Source: the human T2T-CHM13v2.0 reference genome, Homo sapiens. Taken from it: a DNA stretch of 64,000 nt. A model generated the notes under the pieces. That model saw nothing but the letters and a program-made list of their open reading frames with translations, had not been told where the DNA came from and did no database searches. The stretch lies in the NCBI RefSeq assembly GCF_009914755.1, contig NC_060926.1. The stretch is one strand, 5' to 3'. Position 1 is the first letter of the stretch, and each line of letters begins with the position of its first letter. This document shows, one piece after another, positions 56,230 through 64,000 of the stretch. The position numbers were made by a program, and so were the translations under genes.

Positions 56230-57155
56230 GCATGTATAGAAAGCCTTACCTAGGCTTCATGCTGAGACCATGTGCCAATTCAACCTTTTCCCAAGGCTCT
56301 TTTCTCTAAGTCAAAAAGTACTTACTATTAGTAAAATGCTACATTTTAATCAGTATCCCTCTATTTATTCCCCAGGGTAAGTAATGATTGGCACCAAAAT
56401 ACTAAAACATCCCTGATATATGATAAAATTAATTTCAAATGTCATCTTGATTCCTAACCCTCCTAATCCTCCTAACTCCATACCTGCTACTACTTTTGAG
56501 AGTTAATACTAAGTAGACCCTGGATTAAACCTACTACCCCAAATCTGATATTATTATCAGCTTCCAAGCTCATTGCCAACCCATTCCACAACTCTACTAT
56601 GCCTTCTCTTGACCCTGTTTTATTGCTTCCACTTTTTGGTCCTGAATCTATTCCTTTTCTCCACTGTCTGCCTGCCTGTTACCCAGAAACCATCATATCT
56701 CCTTACTATAGGCACAGGAAACACATTGGACTCTGCAATCAGTCCTACACCAATTTTAATCTCGACTTTATTTGAATGCTGTGCCACATTGAGCAAGCCA
56801 TGTAAATTCTAAATGTCCACTTTCTCCTGGGGAAATATTAAACTTAATGCACCACAGAGTACCTGGTAAATAGTAGGCATTTTATAAATGTGAATTATGT
56901 TCCTTCCTCATTTCTATAATCTTATATAAATCAATCTGAAGAAAATGCTTAACTGTGAGGAAGAAAAAGAGAGAGCAGTATTATACAGTTTCTGAAGAGA
57001 ACTCACCTTTCTCTTGAACGATTTATCTGTCAGAATAAAGAACTGTGTTCACCACATTCTTTCATTCTGTGAAGTGGTCACACTCTAGATGTGGTGATGA
57101 AAGGAAGATGCCTTCTTCTTCACTTGCACAGTATAGCATGCTGCTATCTGGTGAA

Positions 57156-57171
57156 TGTTTCCATAGAAACA
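57156..57171. promoter_or_regulatory. RFX X-box consensus match
   Basis: T-GTTTCCATAGAAAC-A fits GTTNCCATRGNAAC; lies in sequence with no recognisable repeat. Confidence 0.4.
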
Positions 57172-58487
57172 GCAGAATGGCTGCCAGGGCAGGAGGTACG
57201 CTGGAATTCTTCATGGAGCCTTTTCTTCCCTTTAGCAGCCAGTGGCAGTCCTGGTTTGGTTGAACTTATGAGCAGACAGACATTGATTTGAAGCTGCATG
57301 TTCAAGAAGAACCAAGCTCAAAGCAAACTTTCAACATGTAGTCTTCTAACTTCAGGCAGAAAGGGGAGAGTTTCAGACATACGTTCTACTGGCACTAAAT
57401 CAAAGAAAGTGTCAATCACCCATTATTCAGTTAAACTGATACTTGGGGCTAGTAAAACCAGCAGAACTGGCTGTGCATTTGTGGTCAAATGATTGATTTA
57501 AATACTTTGGTACTTTCGTAGGTCTACCAGCCTATGAAAGAGTCACCTCTACATTTTTTACCAATAGATGATCGTATGAACTGCATGATTTCCAGGATTG
57601 GAAAGATCTCATCGGTAAAAATAGTCCATTACACTGCTGCACAGTTTTAAGTCTGTTCTTCAATTTCACTGAAATTTGTTTTTCCCTCTATTTTTCAAGC
57701 AGAAGTATAACAGTAAAAATTATATCTATGGCCATGTTGAATTTGGAGGTAGGCATAGGTAAGGAGTAGGAATTCTATTAATCTTGAATAAAGGATGTTT
57801 CTCACAAATTTTTTTTTGTTAGTTTCTATCATGAAAGAGGATTTTAATGTTTTGCATTCTCAGAAATATTTGGGCTCTTCTGTGTCCTAGGATTTTGCTT
57901 TGTAATTTATGTAGCTCATTTCTTAAACAGCTTATTTGAACATAAGTGAAGTTCTGTCAAATTTTTGACAGATTCTTATTCCTCACATTCTCCCTGGCCT
58001 TTAATAAACAGAGCTATCATGCAAAATTTTTGGGGGTGTGTGTGTGTGAACCAGTTATGGATCAAGTTATTTGAAGAGTTTGAAAGATTTATTTGGAAAA
58101 TCAAAGATAAATTAGTTTTTGGAAGAAAGTATCTCAATCAAGTGTTTCTATACTCATCTATACCAACTGAACCTGCAGAATTCTTAAGTTTTATTTCTCT
58201 AAGGCTGTGCATAAAAAATAGTTATGCATGTGTGTGGGGGGAAGTTTTTGAATCACATTACAGTAACAAGTTTAGGAAAATAATACACTTCAAGTAATTA
58301 CATTGACTTTTCCTCTAAATTTTTACTTCAGTCAGTGAAAAGGCCTTTTAATTGAAGAGTGGCATGATTTAAAAAAAAAAAGCTTTGACTACTTTTAAAT
58401 GTTAATCTTAAATAGAAAGGCACAGATAATGTGTTAGAGCATGCAATATTGCTAAGAAAAATATAGGGAGATTTATTATATGGTTAC

Positions 58488-58903
58488 TGTATTAGTCTCT
58501 TCTTGAATTGCTACAAAAAAATACCTGAGACTGGCTCATGTATAAAGAAAAGAGGCTTAATTGGCTCACAGTTCCAGAGGCTGTGCAGGAAGCACCTTAG
58601 CATCTGTTTCTGGGGAGACCTCAGAGAGCTTTTACTCATGGTGGAGGGAATCTTTTACCCATGGTGGAGGGCAGTGGGGGAATAGGCATCTTATATGGCA
58701 GGACCAAGAGAGAAACGGGAGGTGCCACAAACTTTTAAACAACCATACCTCATGATAACTCACTATTACAGTGACAGAATCAAAGGAGATGTTGTTGAAC
58801 CACAAGAAACCACCCTCATTTTTAATTACCTCCCATCTGGCCCCATCTCCAACACTGAGGATTGGACTTGAACATGAGATTTGGGTGTGTCCAAACCGTA
58901 TCA
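58488..58903 (-). mobile_element. MSTA-like MaLR solo LTR
   Basis: tgtattagtc...aacatgagatttgggtg..ccaaaccgtatca; 5-bp TSD gttac at 58483-58487 and 58904-58908; internal ~23-bp duplication at 58629-58673. Confidence 0.92.
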
Positions 58904-60917
58904 GTTACTTATTTGCAATTTTCAGATGAGATGGAAAGGCAGAAAGGGATAAATAGTTGAAATGGCAAAAAAAAAATAATCAACAGGATAAGGTTTATAT
59001 TTCACTTTCACCACATTATATTTTCAATATAGCTTTCTTTCTTTCATATGCATTTGAGTAGTATTTAAAATTGCAACTTCAGTTAGAGTTTCCTTTTGTA
59101 ACTCTACCTTAGTTACCGTAGGCCTTTTGGTAATTCATTATCCCCTGAAATCTCAGTTACCTAATGACACACAGAACCTTACTAGTTCTGCTGATCCTAC
59201 CACACCCTTTCTTCCTAAATTCTTCACTTATGATGATGTATGCATATAAAAGCTCCCCATTATTCTCACCTTTTTCCTGTCCAACATTTTTCTAACCGTC
59301 TTACATTAACTGAAATTGGACTGTCTTCTGATGTCATTAAATTCCCTCTCCAACTTCACATTTTCTCACACCTTATATATCTTACGGTGGGGAGCTGGGA
59401 ATGGAATTATCTTCATGCATCAGAATCAACTCTAGGTTATTACTTCCCCTCTATTTTCTAACACTGTCAGCTCTTAAAGTTCATTCCATTCACCTAAAAC
59501 CTTCTCTTTCCCACCTGGTTGCTGAAATCTGTAGGCATTCTTCATTGAAATTTTGTTTATGCTCAGTGATTGACAACGTCATCTCCAAATTCCTTTTCAT
59601 CCTCTCTATTTTAGCCACACAATCCCAAGGTTACACCATAGATTTTGTTAACAAACACTGCAGATTGCCAACATCATAAATTCAAACTGGCTACAGTTTT
59701 CTAGATTTTCAGCTCATCTAATTTATGACATTGAAAGCAATCTTTGTGGCAGAGAAAGTATTTGCCAAATTCCCCAAATGAAATGAGCTTCTGTTTACTT
59801 TCAAAACTCCCTTGGAGCACACTGAATTCATGTGGCTAATTCTAGTTAAAGTATACCAAATGAAAAGTGGTTGTACAACCTCTATCCCATGCTGCCTCTG
59901 CTTAAACGACTTTGGGAGTCATGCATTAAAATAATAGCATGACAACACGGATGAAGGCTAAATCAACTCCTAGCTAGATGAAATAAGGAGTCCTCACTAA
60001 CACATTTCAAGATGGTCTTGCCTAAGAAATTACCTTTTGTTATACTAGCCAATGAAAATTTGAGGATTTGTTTCTTGTGCGACGAGTGTTAATTATCCCA
60101 AAGAAAAGTTGGCTGTCACAATCCATTGAATTCCTTTCCTTTTATGTAGTGACACTCCCTTTCTGCCTCTACTTTCCTTTTCATCTAGCTTGTATTTTAT
60201 GGTCCATACTTATATTCAGCATTTTGTTAATTAAGTCTATCACTCTTTATACTTTCTCCTGTCAAAACCTCACCCTTGGATCAATAAATCATCTGCATTC
60301 TCTAGTCTCACACCAAGCACCCAAATGTTTTCTTATCTACAATGTCATGATTACCTCTTTAAAAGAGTACTCTACATGGGAAGATGTTTGATTATTATTT
60401 TTTAGTATGTTTACTCCACAAAATGCTTATTACATACTTTTAACTTAATATTAAAAAAGTCTCTTTCTGCTTTTATTTTCAGTTAATATGTTTCACACCT
60501 TATTGAGAAAATAGAAACCATTTAAAAATAAATCTCTTCTTCTACCCTCAAAACTATTTTAAAACTATCATCCTCTTCATTAGTCATTGTCTTCTTTTTT
60601 CCACTCACTTCTCCATTCCTTCATTCTAATGAAGTATTTCTATTTGTATGAAGGACTTATTCATTCCCATATGTTCAGTTTCCATTACCTCTCATCTTCT
60701 CAAAGAACCTAGTATTCTCCTCCACATGTCTAATAATAATTCTATCTGGAAAAGTCACAAATTTATTTCCTGTCTCCTTCTACCTACTGCCCTAATTCCT
60801 GTTCCACTTCACACTCAAACTTGTGAAATAAATGTTTTAACATTTACTGTGTCTACCTCCTCACCTAACCATTCTCTCCAGTCCCTGACTCCCCTGCACT
60901 ATTTGGCAAAGACTGTT

Positions 60918-62142
60918 CTATGTATATACATATATATTTACAAAATGTATTATTTTACTACCTCTAATTTTAACATATATCAGGCACTTCAGAACATCTA
61001 GAAAGACTAGACCTTACAAAAACTTTAGCATTGTCAACTATATATACAGTAGTGAGAATAAAATGCACACAAAACAATGGATAGAGTATGAAAAGTCTTC
61101 TAAATATGACTAGTCTAGCACAGAACCTTCTTTTCCTTCTCAGGTCTTCTGCTCCATGTCCTCTAGCCCATTGAACAAACGTGGACGTGTTGCTTCCAGA
61201 AGTGGTCTAATAACTCCATTTCAAAAAGTCAACTCCAGAAGACATTTTCTATGACTTCTTTTTAAACTAATGAGAATTTGCAAGGTGTGTGATTTTCTAA
61301 CTCTACTTCATACGTTGGCAACCTCTTTACTCTAGAAGGGCTGGATGTGGCAAATGTTTTCTTTTAAAAGGTTTTGGGGGAGAAGTTGAGAGCAGCTTTT
61401 TCATATTATATAGGCAGGCATTCTATAAACAGCCAGTAAATCTTCCCAAAAGATGGTGGGCATTTCCAGCGGGCCAAATGGGGGATGTCATTCTGCCATT
61501 TCTCTCTTCCGACAGCAAGGTCGATAGAACATAGAGCAAGTGCCGCTAACCGTTCCACTCGTTGTAGGGACTCTGCTCACCTTCCAGGCCCGTTAAGGCC
61601 GTTGTCCCTTGTCGTCAGGACTAGGTACGTCTCTTGCTCATTCGGGACAGAGTGGTCACCCAGGACCTGGATCTGCACGGCTCTGTGACCTGAGAAGGCA
61701 GCTAGCTGAGGCAGCGTCTGTGACCGCCTTCCTGGACCCTCCACACCCTAGCGGCTCTGTCACGTGACACTCAAGTGGCCGCCATTATTATGGCCCGACA
61801 CACCTGCCGCCACCCAAAGTCGCTGAGTCCTCGCGGCTCGGCAGGGGCTTTGTCTAGGCCCGACAGGATTGGACCGAGAGACCCGGCGGCCAGCGGGTTC
61901 AGGGCTGGGAAAGGCCGCCGCTGCCATCAGGTCTCCAGGCGGAATAGGGAAGAGAGGTTCGCCGCTGCTTCAAAGCCTGGCTGCCCGGCCTTGGCTGCCA
62001 CAGCTAGGTCTCGGGGCGTCTGCAGGGCAGAGGGCGCGCCCGCTGCGTCCCCAGCTCGCTGCAGGCCCAGGCAGCGTCCAAAGCGCCCCCGGGGCGAGGG
62101 CAGCTGGCCGTGCTTGGCTTGCTCTCTGCCAGAACGGAACTC
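60918..62142 (-). pseudogene. Retrocopy of the 5' ~1.2 kb of lncRNA NORAD (LINC00657)
   Basis: Minus strand begins (G)AGTTCCGTTCTGGCAGAGA, like the NORAD 5' end AGTTCCGGTCCGGCAGAGA, and contains blocks I recall from NORAD: GGGTGACCACTCTGTC, TACCTAGTCCTGACGACAA, GGGCCTGGAAGGTGAGC, TTGCTGTCGGAAGAGAGAAATGG, TATATAATATGAAAAAGCTGCTCTCAACT, CTATCCATTGTTTTGTGTGCATTTTATTC, GATGTTCTGAAGTGCCTGATATATGTTAAAATTAGAGGTAG; probable TSD aagac(t/c)gtt at 60909-60917 and 62143-62151. Confidence 0.9.
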
Positions 62143-62150
62143 AAGACCGT
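61540..62150. promoter_or_regulatory. CpG island-like segment derived from the NORAD 5' region
   Basis: About 34 CpGs in 61741-62150 by manual count in an otherwise CpG-poor window; TGTCACGTGACA at 61758-61769; YY1-like GCCGCCAT at 61778-61785. Confidence 0.7.
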
Positions 62151-62438
62151 TAAGACATATACCTGACCACTGTCTTCCTGCATAGAAGAGAACATTTTTT
62201 TCTCCTTATCTTTTTAGAACTCATAACAACAGAGTTAAGCACTTTTCCTCTTTCGAAACACATTGGTATGTTTCAAATGGCCACTCCCTCTTTATTCGCC
62301 AAATCTCATTGTACACAAATGTTTGTTTCTTCTGTTTCCATCCTTTTACTTTCTATTTTCTGTTACTAATTCATTTCATTCAGTTTTTACGTCTGTGAAT
62401 ATCCTCTCTAATGCCTTAACTACCAAAATTTTCTCTCT

Positions 62439-62823
<385 letters not shown>

Positions 62824-63349
62824 TGAAATTCTAAATATTTTCTTCCAAGATTTCTCCTGCATTTTTATATATTTCTGTAAATGTGCTGCTGCTAAAATGC
62901 TGGAAATCTGTCATTATTAACAATTCACTCTAGCTCAACACAATGTTCTATAACCAAGCCTGTTTATTTTACATTAAATATGTACTTATAATTCATGCTT
63001 TTTCATTCAAATCTTTGCAGCTACTGTTGACTCAATCTTGTTGTATTAAAGTTGTTTCTTTAGTGTTGCCCCTGTTTGAATTTTCTTACCTTTATCCCAC
63101 CCATCCTCAATTTACAATCCATTCTACTACACAACTGATAGACTGTTTAAAAAATCATGAGTGAGATCAAATTTCACACAAGGTTTAAATTACCAATTGT
63201 GAAAAATTGGCATTTTGAATTGTGAAAAAAATTTCAAACACCTTTGCATGTATTACAAAGCCCTGGTGAGCTGATCCCTACCTAGCTTTTCAGCTGTGTC
63301 AAGCATCACCTTTCTCCTGTGCTTAATATGTTCAAGACATTTCTTTCAG

Positions 63350-64000
63350 TTTTTCAAATTAACTTTTAGAAGTTTTACATATACAAAAAAACGGAGGAAG
63401 AGTATAAAATTTCCCACACACTTTATAGTCAGTTTCCTCTATTATTAACATCTTACATTAATCTGGTCTATTTGTTACAATTAATGAATTAATATTTACA
63501 TATTAATAATAACCAAAGTCCATACTTGTGTTTTTTTTAGTTTTTACCTAATGACCATCCAGGACCCCATCTGGCTTACCCACATTAGAGTTAGTCATTA
63601 TGTTTCCTTAGGCTTCTCTTGGCTGTGGCAGTTTCTCAGACTAACCTTGTTTATGATGACCTTGACATTATGGAGAGTACTGATCAGGTATTTTGTAAAG
63701 TGATCCTCTATTGGGAATTGTTTGATTTTTTTCTTATGATTAGACTTAAGAGTTTTAGGGAGAAAGTCCATATCCCATTATATCAAGGGTACCTACTTTT
63801 AACATGACTCATTACTGTTGATGTTGACCTTCATAACTCAACTAAAGTGTTATAAAAGTAAGTATAAAGTTATTCTGTTTTATTTTTTTCCCACTTCTCT
63901 TCTCTTTGGAAGAACATCATTATACACAGTTACGCTCTACCTTCTTCATGGCAGAGAATATATATAAATTATTTGGAATTCTGAATAGGAGATTTATCTC
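63350..64000 (-). mobile_element. L1MC-type 3'UTR fragment
   Basis: cagtttcctctattattaacatcttacatta...ggctgtggcagtttctcagact...gatgaccttgaca...gagtactgatcaggtattttgta. Confidence 0.8.

Noticed and set aside
60918-62142. The authentic NORAD locus
   Set aside because: Only ~1.2 kb of ~5.3 kb, diverged, flanked by a TSD inside an L2, and no upstream promoter sequence beyond the transcript start
61775-62185. 136-aa and 94-aa Arg/Ala/Pro-rich ORFs
   Set aside because: Antisense to the GC-rich NORAD-derived segment; stop-poor because of GC content, no recognisable domain

Overview
AT-rich, repeat-dense primate (probably human) non-coding DNA containing Alu, L1, L2, MIR, MaLR/ERV LTRs and DNA transposons. 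I see no intact protein-coding gene, tRNA/rRNA or CRISPR array. Two retrocopies stand out, both on the minus strand. (1) A disabled CHMP4A processed pseudogene (~12946-13907) inserted in an old L1; it carries a 26-nt insertion apparently copied from a THE1 LTR about 1 kb away. (2) A ~1.2-kb retrocopy of the 5' part of the lncRNA NORAD (LINC00657; ~60918-62142) inserted in an L2. It has an intact 5' end, a probable TSD, a retained CpG island, a perfect GTCACGTGAC E-box and Pumilio response elements. Other signals: several near-perfect hairpins, a GATA-rich 32-bp triplication, candidate enhancer motif clusters and weak candidate minus-strand non-coding exons. Repeat subfamilies and parent-gene comparisons come from recalled consensus sequences, not from alignments I ran, and most boundaries are approximate.
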